This document shows positions 7,956-17,304 of a stretch of 36,859 bases of DNA, one piece after another. The notes beneath the pieces were generated by a model. It ran no database searches and had not been told where the DNA came from. It worked only from the letters and a program-made list of their open reading frames with translations. The translations under genes and the position numbers were made by a program. Positions within the stretch are counted from its first letter, which is position 1. Each line of letters begins with the position of its first letter. This DNA comes from a virus (lineage: Duplodnaviria; Caudoviricetes), in IMG/VR virus record IMGVR_UViG_3300005512_000118, positions 1 through 36,859 of that record, one strand, 5' to 3'.

Positions 7956-9805
7956 TGGCTACTTTAGATGAACTAAAGATAATGCTTGTTAACGCCGATA
8001 AGGCTGGCGATAGCTTCAACGCAGCTAAAATAGCAGCTGCCATTAAGCAAGAACAGGCTAGGATGTCAGACCCATTAAGCGTTGATGCGTTGGAAAATAT
8101 CCAAGGTGTTGGCAGAGGCGATGCACCGCCCCAAGTCCCTCAGACCCAAGCCCCAAGTCCTTCTAGAATACAACAGCCCCTCCAAGGAACCGCGGAGGCT
8201 TTAGGTACTTTAGCTACGGGCGCCACTACAGGAGCAGCGGGATTTGTTGGCGGGGCTATAGAAGGTTTAGTTGCTGAAATAGTTAAGGGTGAGCTCGGTA
8301 CGCAGTCTGCCGCAGATAGGGTAGCAAAAAATGCTTTGGAACGCTCCGAGCAATTGACCTATACCCCTAAATCTGAGTCTGGGAAGGAAATAGTTGGACA
8401 AGTTGGTGAGGTCTTAGCACCTTTAGCTGCACTCCCGCCCGTTATGGGAGCCTCTGCCTCTACAATTGCTTCTGCCACTCCTGCTAGGGCTGCGCTCCCT
8501 AGGCGTGCTCAAGAGGTAGACCCAAGACCTAAGACCCAAGCACCAAGGCCAGAGACTACACCACAGGATGACCGAGCACTTAGGGCTGAGGCCGCAGCAA
8601 CTGAATTACCTGTTCCAATACAATATACCCAAGGTCAAAGGTCTGGGGACTTTGAGCAGCAAAGATTTGAAAAGGAAACAGCTAAGCTTGATGATATCGG
8701 TGCTCCTTTGCGGGAAAGGTTCGATAAAAATAATGCTCAGTTGGCGCAAAACCTTGATGCGTTTATAGATCAAACTGGCGCCAAAGCAACAAAGAAGTCT
8801 GACATAGGTAGTATAGTGGGTTCGGCGCTATCAGAGAGAGCCAAAAAAGATTCTGACAGAATAAATACTCTTTATAAACAAGCAGAAAAAGCCGGAGAGT
8901 TAGAGGCTCCTATAACTGTTACTAACCTAGCTAGATATTTGGAGGAGTCTGCGCCAGATGCGGAAGTTGCTAATGTGTTAAAGGCAGTTAGAGGTAAGGC
9001 CATTAATCTTGGAATTGTTGGCGAGCAAGATGGTCGTTTATTTGCAAGACCTGCTACATTGGCGAATATAGAGAATTTGAGAAAAGGCATAAACCAATCA
9101 ACTAATAATGACCCCGTCAATATTCGGCAGGCAGCTATACTAAAAGAAATTTTAGATAGAGGCACAGAGGGTCTTGGCGGGGATTTATATAAAAAAGCGC
9201 GTGCAGCTAGAAGGAAGTACTCAGAAGATTATAAAAATGTTGGCTTGGTCAAAAATATTTTAGGTAAGAAAACGGGAACTGATGATAGGTCGATAGCTTT
9301 AGAGGACGTAGTTAATAAAAGCGTTTTCTCACCGTCTTACTCGGCGGAATCTTTGAAGCACCTACGCAAACTCTTACAGACCTCAGGGGATTCAGGTAAA
9401 GAAGCTTGGAAGGAGTTACAAGGAGAAGTTTTAAGAGAAATTAAGAATTCTGCATTGAGAAGTGTCCAACGTGATTCGCAGGGTAATGAAGTTTTCAACC
9501 CCGCCGGATTAGACAAAATAATAAAAAAGCTCGATAGCTCAGGAAAATCACAAATACTTTTTGGGGATAAAGGCGCAAGTAAATTAAGGTTACTAAATGA
9601 AGTAGCGAAAGATGTCCTAACTGCACCACCTAATGCTGTCAATGCTAGCAACACCGCCAGTGCGTTGGCTTCTATAGGTGATTTAGTTATGTCTGCCGCT
9701 TCTGGTATTCCGGCACCTTTTGCAACAGGTGTTAAGTCACTTAGTAGGTCAATCCGAAATAAGAAACTTAAAGCTAAAGTAAAACAAGCATTAGGAGAGA
9801 AATAA
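7955..9805 (+). CDS. DNA ejection protein, P22 gp16-like
   Basis: 616-aa helical Ala-rich protein, third ejection gene before the tailspike (P22 gp16 is similar in size). Confidence 0.7.
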   Translation: MATLDELKIMLVNADKAGDSFNAAKIAAAIKQEQARMSDPLSVDALENIQGVGRGDAPPQVPQTQAPSPSRIQQPLQGTAEALGTLATGATTGAAGFVGGAIEGLVAEIVKGELGTQSAADRVAKNALERSEQLTYTPKSESGKEIVGQVGEVLAPLAALPPVMGASASTIASATPARAALPRRAQEVDPRPKTQAPRPETTPQDDRALRAEAAATELPVPIQYTQGQRSGDFEQQRFEKETAKLDDIGAPLRERFDKNNAQLAQNLDAFIDQTGAKATKKSDIGSIVGSALSERAKKDSDRINTLYKQAEKAGELEAPITVTNLARYLEESAPDAEVANVLKAVRGKAINLGIVGEQDGRLFARPATLANIENLRKGINQSTNNDPVNIRQAAILKEILDRGTEGLGGDLYKKARAARRKYSEDYKNVGLVKNILGKKTGTDDRSIALEDVVNKSVFSPSYSAESLKHLRKLLQTSGDSGKEAWKELQGEVLREIKNSALRSVQRDSQGNEVFNPAGLDKIIKKLDSSGKSQILFGDKGASKLRLLNEVAKDVLTAPPNAVNASNTASALASIGDLVMSAASGIPAPFATGVKSLSRSIRNKKLKAKVKQALGEK

Positions 9806-9806
9806 A

Positions 9807-11882
9807 ATGAGCTTTTTTAAGGTTAAAGTACCTTTTCCAGTAATACCCGATATTGATGGTAATCCGTTAGAAGATGGGTACGTCTATATTGGAAATTCGG
9901 GATTAAACCCCGAAACAACTCCCGTAGCTGTTTATTGGGATGAGGCTTTGACTATTCCCGCAGCTCAACCAATTAGGACTATTGGTGGTTACCTTTCCCA
10001 GAACGGGGCTGTTGGTAAAATATTTATCTCTCAAAATTCTTATTCTATCACGGTGCGCAATAAGAATGGCACACTAGTGTGGACTGACCTCAATGCTAAT
10101 TCAGAAGGTGCTGAATCTTCAATAACTCAAATAGATTCTGTTATTGGATTTGAGAATTTAATCGGGTCTACGGATATAAACCAATTGCAGCTTGGTGCTT
10201 GGGTTGCAGGCTCTAATACTGGTGGTGGTGCATTTAAATGGGATGCTACTCTTGCCCGTTCTAACCATAATGGCGGCACGATATTCAGTCCTACAGTAGT
10301 ATATACTGGCGCGACGATTGCGGACATATTAAATGGTGTTGGTGAGACAGACCCAGCAGCTTTAGGTGTTTGGGTTCGAATAGACCCTAGAGTATCGATA
10401 CTACACTTTGGTGCTACGGCAGATGGTTCTACCGATGATACAGCACCATTACAAGCACTCGACGCTTTTGGTGGGGGCGTTATAGAAGGCGGTACCATTC
10501 GAGTACAAAGCTCAATAACTCTAACAGGTGATTATAGTTTTATGTCGGGAGGGATTATAGCTCCTGATAGTGCGTATAGAATTACTTGGGGCGGGGCGAT
10601 TGTAGCAGGGGATTACAAAATATTTGACGGTGATTTCCTCGTTTCTAAAGTGCATAAAGTTGATGAAGTGAGGATAACTTGGTTTGGTGCTGTTTCCGCT
10701 GACGTAGACACTGATTCGGGGGATACCGCCCTAGCAAACTCGAACGCCAGAGCAATTCGCGAAGCAATATCCATGTGCTCGTTAGGTGTGCCGATAGGAA
10801 TTTATCTTACTCCCACGCTTAAGATCCCAACTGGCGTATTTATTGTCGATGACGATGACAATGACGGTGTTATCATAGACTGCCCATCTTACGCCACTAT
10901 TAAGGGGGAAGGTTATTCGTCCGTTATTCGAGTTGTTGATGGAGCCAAGGAATTCGCTATTATTTCGGTGACCGAAGACGGTGCTAATAACTTTATCATT
11001 GACGACCTAATGTTGGACGGCGAATACTCTCAGCAGTCGGCAATACAACACGGCATTAGTGTGAACCCCGCGTCTATACCATGCATATACAGTCGTATTG
11101 GTACAGGAATATATATAAAAGAGATGAATGGTTATGGAATTTTTGTTACTGGATCCGGCATGGATAATTGCACAATTGAGGCTGGGTTGGTTCGCGACTG
11201 TGTAAGAAATAATCTTTATGTTACGGCTTGTTATGGCTTAATTGTTCAGAATGGAATCTATAGGACAGCAAAAAGTGGTTATTCTGGAATTCTTTTTGAT
11301 GGTGCTGGGTGTGTAGGAGGTCTTATAAGAGGTAATATAATAGATGAAAATAACGTGCATGGGCTTCACGTATCCAATGTATCAGGTAGATTTGATATAG
11401 AGAATAACCGTTGTAATGCTAATTTTGGGGGGGCTGGTATTTATGTAGATAGAGTTGATAACTCCCAACTAACTGATAATATTTGCGAGCAAAATAACTT
11501 GGATGGGATATTTGCGGATTTATGTAGTGGATTGCAGCTGGTCAACAATCAAACGCGGTCTAACCTAAGGTATGGTCTATTCGTCGGGGGAACTTCGAAC
11601 AGTCTGATCAGCGACAACGTCGTATGGGGGAATGGGTTAAGCGCTGATGATACTTACGCAGGTATCTGGTTAGGCTCAAATTCTGATGATAACATGGTTT
11701 CCAATAATGTAGTTAGGCATGGTGGAGGCGCCACCCAACAGAAATATGGGATAGAAATAAATGATTCTGCCTCACAATTCAATGTGGTAGTACATAATGA
11801 CTTAAAAAATAGCGGGCGTACCGCGTCAATATTTAACAACGGAGGCGCTACAGTAACTTCACTAACTGGAAATAGGACTTAA
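9807..11882 (+). CDS. Tailspike / depolymerase with N-terminal head-binding domain and right-handed beta-helix
   Basis: N-terminal PFPVIPDIDGNPLEDGYVYIG...QPIRT head-binding-like motif; FGATADGSTDDTA pectate-lyase-3 motif; Asn/Gly ladder repeats (N..DGI, N..YGL) in the C-terminal half. Confidence 0.88.
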   Translation: MSFFKVKVPFPVIPDIDGNPLEDGYVYIGNSGLNPETTPVAVYWDEALTIPAAQPIRTIGGYLSQNGAVGKIFISQNSYSITVRNKNGTLVWTDLNANSEGAESSITQIDSVIGFENLIGSTDINQLQLGAWVAGSNTGGGAFKWDATLARSNHNGGTIFSPTVVYTGATIADILNGVGETDPAALGVWVRIDPRVSILHFGATADGSTDDTAPLQALDAFGGGVIEGGTIRVQSSITLTGDYSFMSGGIIAPDSAYRITWGGAIVAGDYKIFDGDFLVSKVHKVDEVRITWFGAVSADVDTDSGDTALANSNARAIREAISMCSLGVPIGIYLTPTLKIPTGVFIVDDDDNDGVIIDCPSYATIKGEGYSSVIRVVDGAKEFAIISVTEDGANNFIIDDLMLDGEYSQQSAIQHGISVNPASIPCIYSRIGTGIYIKEMNGYGIFVTGSGMDNCTIEAGLVRDCVRNNLYVTACYGLIVQNGIYRTAKSGYSGILFDGAGCVGGLIRGNIIDENNVHGLHVSNVSGRFDIENNRCNANFGGAGIYVDRVDNSQLTDNICEQNNLDGIFADLCSGLQLVNNQTRSNLRYGLFVGGTSNSLISDNVVWGNGLSADDTYAGIWLGSNSDDNMVSNNVVRHGGGATQQKYGIEINDSASQFNVVVHNDLKNSGRTASIFNNGGATVTSLTGNRT

Positions 11883-11885
11883 AAA

Positions 11886-12143
11886 ATGGATCAGATGGCG
11901 GTTAACTGGCTGCTGGGGATTTTTGCGGCAGTCATAGGCTTTATGTTAAAGGTAAACTATCAAGCGGTCAAAGAATTGCAAGCTCAGGATATAAAGCTTA
12001 CAGACCGCTTGAAAGATATCGAAGTGTTGGTTGCAGGGAACTACGTCCCGCGGCCTGATTTTAACCGAGGTATAGCAGGTCTGTTTAAGAAATTAGATAG
12101 AATCGAAGAAAAGCTAGACCAGAAACAAGACAAGCCGAGGTAG
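11886..12143 (+). CDS. Putative holin/antiholin (one N-terminal TM helix plus coiled coil)
   Basis: Hydrophobic WLLGIFAAVIGFML followed by a charged coiled coil; first gene of the lysis cassette. Confidence 0.55.
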   Translation: MDQMAVNWLLGIFAAVIGFMLKVNYQAVKELQAQDIKLTDRLKDIEVLVAGNYVPRPDFNRGIAGLFKKLDRIEEKLDQKQDKPR

Positions 12144-12147
12144 TAAA

Positions 12148-12540
12148 ATGTGGGCTAGTATACTCCTAGGGTTAAAGGAAATAGGCAGCCTTTGGCTAAA
12201 GACAAAAAGGGCTAAGGCCGTAGCTGAAATAAAATTCAGGCAGCAACTTGCTCAGGCCGAAGCCGATTGGGATATAGTAGCGCAACAACAAGCTCAATAC
12301 TCTTGGAAAGACGAGCTAATCACTGTTATCTGGTTTTCCCCAATGATAGTAGCTTGGTTTGACATCGAAAGAGCTATGCAATGGGTTACTTGGGTTGGTC
12401 AACTACCTTATTTCTACCAGTTTGGGATGTTTGGTATAATGGCTGCGTCCTTCGGCCTTAGGTGGTACTTCAAACAACAAAGCTTTACTATTACTAAGGA
12501 TAAGAAAGAAGTTAAAGAGGTTAAAGATGATAAAAATTGA
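12148..12540 (+). CDS. Putative holin (3TM-type)
   Basis: SWKDE motif followed by hydrophobic segments and ASFGLR; immediately upstream of the lysin candidate. Confidence 0.7.
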   Translation: MWASILLGLKEIGSLWLKTKRAKAVAEIKFRQQLAQAEADWDIVAQQQAQYSWKDELITVIWFSPMIVAWFDIERAMQWVTWVGQLPYFYQFGMFGIMAASFGLRWYFKQQSFTITKDKKEVKEVKDDKN

Positions 12541-12919
12541 TTCTTGGAACTGCGGAGACTGTACATTAGGTAGATTAAGTTGTGGAGATTTTAAATGCTT
12601 TACGCTAGAACTACCTTGGAAGGGCAACGAGAAAAATATATCTTGTATACCGGAAGGTAGTTACCCCGCTGAAATTTATGAATCACCTAAATTCGGCAAG
12701 GTAGTTCTACTAAATAATGTGCCTAACCGGACTTTTATAGAAATACACGCGGGAAATTATACGAGTCAAATACGGGGATGTATCCTTGTAGGTGATAGTA
12801 TAAAGTATTTAAACAATGACGGGATACCAGACGTTACGAACTCTAAAGCTACATTAAAATCCCTTTTAAAAGCTCTCCCTAAGTATTTCCATGTTCAAGT
12901 AAGTCGGGGCGGTGCTTAG
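12527..12919 (+). CDS. DUF5675-family putative endolysin
   Basis: TLG.L, CFTLELPW, SCIPEGSY, NVPNRTFIEIHAGN...GCILVG motifs; lysis-cassette position. Confidence 0.8.
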   Translation: MIKIDSWNCGDCTLGRLSCGDFKCFTLELPWKGNEKNISCIPEGSYPAEIYESPKFGKVVLLNNVPNRTFIEIHAGNYTSQIRGCILVGDSIKYLNNDGIPDVTNSKATLKSLLKALPKYFHVQVSRGGA

Positions 12920-13338
12920 ACTTCTTCTGTTAAAGCTATAACGTGTGTTTTCCTTAATCTTGTAGATTGGGGAATTTCCCCATCACGCCGCATTTCTGAG
13001 CGTACCCACGATATCCAGAGCTTTTTTTCGGGGGGTAAATCATATATTATTTGAACTATAGGCCATATTTCAGCATTAGTTAATCCTTTATGCACTAATT
13101 TTCTTATTACATCTGTTTTACTTCTTCTTTTAAGCGTTCCGATGTACTCAGGGGGTGGTGGTAAACTACCTCCCATCTCCAACGCCTGAGCTATTTTTTT
13201 CAAATAGTCGTCTAGCCTTTCTTCCATTAATACGTAACCAGCTACGGAATAGCTGATAAAGTACTTATGTAATGGATCGGGGATACCCATCTTTTTAAGG
13301 CGCTTACGCGCCCCTTCACGAGATTTGTATAGCCTCAT
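12916..13338 (-). CDS. Hypothetical basic protein, possibly DNA-binding
   Basis: 140 aa; last gene of the leftward operon; helical DVIRKLVHKGLTNAEIW segment. Confidence 0.6.
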   Translation of the reverse strand: MRLYKSREGARKRLKKMGIPDPLHKYFISYSVAGYVLMEERLDDYLKKIAQALEMGGSLPPPPEYIGTLKRRSKTDVIRKLVHKGLTNAEIWPIVQIIYDLPPEKKLWISWVRSEMRRDGEIPQSTRLRKTHVIALTEEV

Positions 13339-14773
13339 TTTTTCTACCCTTCTGTAAAGATTTTATAGCTTCAAAAAAAGAATCCTGTAAGCTTTTATTT
13401 CCCTTTAGAGCGGATAACATAACTTCATCAATAGTATTTTTAGCTAATATATGATGTATATAAACTGTAGAGTTTTTATTGCCTTGTCTTCTTACTCGTC
13501 TGTTGAATTGATCGTAATTATCATAGCTCCACGGTAAGCTAAACCAAGCAACATGATTGCCCGCCTTTTGAAGGTTTAACCCATGCCCCATAGATTGGGG
13601 GTGTCCAAATAAATAAGGCAACTCTCCCTCATTCCATAACCTTTCTAATTCTGCTGTTCTATTGCCGGATACTCCGGAGCCTATATAGGGTATATCTTTG
13701 CCAAAAACTTTTTTTAACCTCTCTAAGTCATGTTTAAAATTGTACCCAATTAGAACAGGGTTTCCTTGTAGTTCACTTATCAAATCTTTCAAAGCATTTA
13801 TTTTTTCATCATGTAATGTATTATACCCACGTTCACCCACAACAAATTCTTCGTTTTCTTTGTATATAGCTCCCGCACAAACCTGTCTAAGTTTTACGGA
13901 TGCTGTAGCAGAGTTTGCAGCTACAACAACTTCATCTTCTGATAATTTTGCTACTAGATCATCTTCTAATTGTTTATAGAATGTCCTTGATTTTTCGGGT
14001 AGATCTACGAAAATCTTATTGTCTATTTGGGAAGGCATGTCTAAAGCTTCTTCACCTACTCTGTAAAATAGTGGTGATACAGTTTTATATATTTCTTCCT
14101 GCGCCCCCTCCTTTATAGTCCAACCATAACCATTGAAGTTTTGGTTAAAGAATTTATTCCTATATTGGGTTATGTACTTACCTAACACAGCGCCTTGGTC
14201 TAGCATATAGCACTGCCCAAAAAGACCTTCTAGCCCAGAGGATGCAGGGGAGCCAGTTAATCCCCATCGTCGCGTAAAAGTGTTTAAGTATTTTTTAATA
14301 AGCTTAAATCTTTGAGTATTAGTTGCTTTGAATTTGGAAAGCTCATCAATTAGTAACGTGTCATAACCTAAAGATTTAAATTTTTTAATCGCTGCCGGAC
14401 TCCCATCACCAAATAACCAAGGCAGACCCTCGGGATTAATGCAATGGATGTCAGAATCATCTTCTAGTATTTTATTTTTCTTTCTCCCATGTAAAACAGT
14501 GCACTTTAAACCTTCAAAGTTTGACCATTTTTTAAGTTCAGCAGGCCATACCATGTAACAAGGTCTTAACGGAGCCACCACAAGCACCTTGTTGATCATA
14601 CCCTTGTCTTTAAGTATTTTTATAGCAGCTAATGACGTACTTGTCTTACCAAGGCCAGGCGCTAACAAAAGTCCGGCACAGTTATTACTTAGTAGGTGTC
14701 TTAACCCCACTTTCTGATATTCGTGCGGCTTCCATTCTTCTTTTGACCGCCAATACTGTATCGTCTGATGCAT
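13316..14773 (-). CDS. SNF2-family (SF2) helicase
   Basis: PHEYQ Q-motif, APGLGKT Walker A, IDELS Walker B, LTGSP, GHGLNLQ, QFNRRVRRQG. Confidence 0.93.
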   Translation of the reverse strand: MHQTIQYWRSKEEWKPHEYQKVGLRHLLSNNCAGLLLAPGLGKTSTSLAAIKILKDKGMINKVLVVAPLRPCYMVWPAELKKWSNFEGLKCTVLHGRKKNKILEDDSDIHCINPEGLPWLFGDGSPAAIKKFKSLGYDTLLIDELSKFKATNTQRFKLIKKYLNTFTRRWGLTGSPASSGLEGLFGQCYMLDQGAVLGKYITQYRNKFFNQNFNGYGWTIKEGAQEEIYKTVSPLFYRVGEEALDMPSQIDNKIFVDLPEKSRTFYKQLEDDLVAKLSEDEVVVAANSATASVKLRQVCAGAIYKENEEFVVGERGYNTLHDEKINALKDLISELQGNPVLIGYNFKHDLERLKKVFGKDIPYIGSGVSGNRTAELERLWNEGELPYLFGHPQSMGHGLNLQKAGNHVAWFSLPWSYDNYDQFNRRVRRQGNKNSTVYIHHILAKNTIDEVMLSALKGNKSLQDSFFEAIKSLQKGRKNEAIQIS

Positions 14774-15014
14774 AGTGTACCTCTACGTCGTAACCTAATT
14801 TCAATAACCGTTGATGTATTATCTCTTGCTTTGGGCGAAGTTTACACCCTTCTCTTTTATACTCAACTAAAAATGGTTTTCCATTTGGCATCCAGAATAT
14901 CCTATCTGGGTAGCCATCATCTCCCTTGACTTGCAGCTTACTCCCCACAATCCCGAATTCTTTGTGAACCAGCTTTACAGCTCGCCGTTCAATTAAGGAT
15001 TCTACGGAGTCCAT
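14685..15014 (-). CDS. VRR-NUC domain nuclease
   Basis: E..IE, GYPDRI, FLVEYK and LRPKQ motifs; adjacent to the SNF2 gene. Confidence 0.88.
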   Translation of the reverse strand: MDSVESLIERRAVKLVHKEFGIVGSKLQVKGDDGYPDRIFWMPNGKPFLVEYKREGCKLRPKQEIIHQRLLKLGYDVEVHYASDDTVLAVKRRMEAARISESGVKTPTK

Positions 15015-15465
15015 TACTTTTCCGGTGGATTTTTATTAATTTCCTTACTTTTGTTCTTAGGTCTTCGTCATCCTGCGTTAAACAATTGTGAAATGTTGCC
15101 ACAGTGTTGTAACACATGGCATAGAAAAGTTTTCTAGGTGCTCTCAAATTGTTTCGTTCTAATATGGAAACGGTATATGTATAATCTGTAGACGCCTGCT
15201 CAAACCATATCACTGAGTAATCTTCTATGTAATCTAAAAACCTTTGCAAAATATCAGATTCCACGCCTCCATGAAATCCGTATATGGTTTCTTCCCTAGA
15301 AATTAAACCTTTTTTAAGGCTAAAAGGGAGTACTTTTATTTCTTGAATTCCGTCGTATCGGGGAAACTCCAACATCAAGTTGTCGTATACAACATCATCC
15401 GACTTATTTTTCATTGGGGGGCATGCCGTTGTTGGCGATACTCCCCACAGTAAACTTGCGGCCAT
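14989..15465 (-). CDS. Degenerate 3'-5' exonuclease-like protein, paralog A
   Basis: Clear paralog of 15490..15993; weak resemblance to DUF5051/DEDDh exonucleases, lacking the DxE motif. Confidence 0.45.
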   Translation of the reverse strand: MAASLLWGVSPTTACPPMKNKSDDVVYDNLMLEFPRYDGIQEIKVLPFSLKKGLISREETIYGFHGGVESDILQRFLDYIEDYSVIWFEQASTDYTYTVSILERNNLRAPRKLFYAMCYNTVATFHNCLTQDDEDLRTKVRKLIKIHRKSNGLRRILN

Positions 15466-16035
15466 AACATTTTTCCTGTTGTCAGTAGTTTAAGTGTGAA
15501 GCTTGAAGAATTTAAGTATTCTACGGGAAATACTAGCATGACTATGAACCTTTATCAAATTTTTTACTTTTGTTTTTATGTCTTCGTTAGGGTTGGTCAG
15601 ATGATTGTTGAATGCCATTACGGTATCGTAACACATGGCGTGTCTAAGTTCTCGCGGTAATTCCAAATTGTGAAACCTTAGCAAGGAATAGATGGCTGCG
15701 TAATCAGTGGTTGTATTAACAAACCATACTCTAGTATTGCTCGGGTAAATTCTTACATAAGCCAATATTTTTCTTATTACGTCGAATTCTACCACTTCTG
15801 CGGTTCCACCAAGACCTACTATAGTTTCTACCTCAGAAATCAGCCCTTTTTTAAGGTTAAACGCAAGCACTTTAATATCCTGCATTTTATCAAATTTTCG
15901 AAACTCAACCATTATACTGTCATATTTATATGGGTAACGGTATAATGGGAAGGATGTCGTTGGTGATATGCCATGGTCTCCGTATAAGCTCATAACATTT
16001 TTCCTGTTGACAGTAGTTTAAGTGTGAAGCTTGAA
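15463..16035. repeat. 45-bp direct repeat (44/45 identical) at 15463-15507 and 15991-16035
   Basis: CATAACATTTTTCCTGTTG(T/A)CAGTAGTTTAAGTGTGAAGCTTGAA covers the start codon and RBS of each paralog. Confidence 0.92.
15490..15993 (-). CDS. Degenerate 3'-5' exonuclease-like protein, paralog B
   Basis: Shares G.SPTT..P, LKKGLIS..ETI, TDY, AMCY.TV and TKV..LIK.H with paralog A. Confidence 0.45.
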   Translation of the reverse strand: MSLYGDHGISPTTSFPLYRYPYKYDSIMVEFRKFDKMQDIKVLAFNLKKGLISEVETIVGLGGTAEVVEFDVIRKILAYVRIYPSNTRVWFVNTTTDYAAIYSLLRFHNLELPRELRHAMCYDTVMAFNNHLTNPNEDIKTKVKNLIKVHSHASISRRILKFFKLHT

Positions 16036-16106
16036 ATATACCAAAAAGCTACAGCGGATAAAATTAAACACGCTAGTGATAATAAAAGCTCTATGTATTT
16101 AGCCAT
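15990..16106 (-). CDS. Small membrane peptide, 38 aa (MAKYIELLLSLACLILSAVAFWYISSFTLKLLSTGKML)
   Basis: Manual translation; one hydrophobic helix; ATGA overlap with the downstream gene. Confidence 0.6.
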   Translation of the reverse strand: MAKYIELLLSLACLILSAVAFWYISSFTLKLLSTGKML

Positions 16107-16264
16107 GAGAATTCCATAAATATTATAAAATGCGCCAATAATTTTATTACTTCTAGTATAGCAAGCATACCTAAAACAATCAAAGAAGAAATAGCGGCCA
16201 AAACAATAAATATAATAATTGCAGCAAATATTGAATTAAGGAAATTAGATGTCTTATGATTCAT
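16091..16264 (-). CDS. Small membrane peptide, 57 aa
   Basis: Manual translation MNHKTSNFLNSIFAAIIIFIVLAAISSLIVLGMLAILEVIKLLAHFIIFMEFSWLNT; ATGA-coupled to the upstream ORF. Confidence 0.6.
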   Translation of the reverse strand: MNHKTSNFLNSIFAAIIIFIVLAAISSLIVLGMLAILEVIKLLAHFIIFMEFSWLNT

Positions 16265-16407
16265 AGCCAACCCCAGAATAGTATAAACACTTTATGTGTA
16301 AATATGGTTAATAGAAGCGCCAAGCCAGCAGAAGACAGTGCGCATAAGGTGAATGTAGCGAGGTCTATTAAAAATTTTGTGGCAGCTGTCAAGGTTAAAA
16401 CTCGCAT
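16261..16407 (-). CDS. Small membrane peptide, 48 aa
   Basis: Manual translation MRVLTLTAATKFLIDLATFTLCALSSAGLALLLTIFTHKVFILFWGWL; overlaps the nuclease stop codon; G-rich RBS-like sequence. Confidence 0.55.
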   Translation of the reverse strand: MRVLTLTAATKFLIDLATFTLCALSSAGLALLLTIFTHKVFILFWGWL

Positions 16408-17135
16408 TGACCGCCCCCATTCTCTTTGTTACTTTTCCTGTAATGACACCACCTACATAAATAGCTTGGGTTTGTCGCGAACAGAGTATCATTAAACATA
16501 GGCTTAGTTCTTATTTCCCAAACTTTCTTTAAATCGGGTATGTCCGATTTTCTAAATGTTAAAATTTCTTCTTCTGTTGTTTCTGGAGTTGGGTAGATTG
16601 TTTGAGCATCTAAATAAACAAGTCTTGGTTTAACGACTTCTATATGTTCATGTATAAGTAGTGCCGCTAATGCGTATAGTTGTAGCTGTTCTTTGTAATC
16701 GTCTTGGTTATCCGGTCTGTATTTACCAGTTTTCCAATCTGTTATTACTAGTGTTTTCTCATCTTCGTGGTGCGCCAAGTCTAATTTAACCCTAAGCCAG
16801 CAGCCTGCCCAATCTCGCCAATGGGTTTCGCTCCAATCCTTTTTAAAACTCCAATTGTCTTCGACGACCATACCAGATATTATTTTCTTATATTGCTCTC
16901 TGTGTGCGTCGATTTCTTCTTTTATCCAGTTGGCTTCTTCTGGAAGTTCATCTGATTTAGATTTTATATAATTCTCACAACCATCATGGATCCTAATCCC
17001 TCTCTCCAAGTGCTCATTTTTAGGCTCTTTTATCTTGTCAATCGCCTGATATTTCAACTTTCGAGGGCATTGCTTATAAGTAGAATAGCGGCTGTATGAC
17101 CAGCTTGTTATTGGCTTGACGGGAATAGTCTCCAT
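16395..17135 (-). CDS. PD-(D/E)XK exonuclease, Cas4/AddB-like with a probable Fe-S cluster
   Basis: SYSR...CPRK, RG..IH, KLD, DWKTG, QLQLY and C-terminal CRWC...C (1+3 cysteine arrangement). Confidence 0.87.
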   Translation of the reverse strand: METIPVKPITSWSYSRYSTYKQCPRKLKYQAIDKIKEPKNEHLERGIRIHDGCENYIKSKSDELPEEANWIKEEIDAHREQYKKIISGMVVEDNWSFKKDWSETHWRDWAGCWLRVKLDLAHHEDEKTLVITDWKTGKYRPDNQDDYKEQLQLYALAALLIHEHIEVVKPRLVYLDAQTIYPTPETTEEEILTFRKSDIPDLKKVWEIRTKPMFNDTLFATNPSYLCRWCHYRKSNKENGGGQCEF

Positions 17136-17163
17136 ATTAAACCTCTTTTGTTAGGTGACTTTC

Positions 17164-17304
17164 TATTTTATTTACCAGAGTAGATAGCTGTGTTTGGTCT
17201 GTTTTAGGAATATTGAAACCTTCTCTACAAACGTTGTCGGTGTACATGCAAACTTCTTTAACTTCTTTAAGTAGTTTTCTTAATCTAGCTTCTTCAGTAG
17301 TCAT
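17164..17304 (-). CDS. Small hypothetical protein, 46 aa
   Basis: ATGA-coupled to the polymerase stop; GAGG upstream; fills the operon gap. Confidence 0.5.

Noticed and set aside
16256-16495. ORF-track calls 16256..16495(+) and 16292..16492(-)
   Set aside because: The region is better explained by the nuclease end plus three overlapping minus-strand hydrophobic ORFs.
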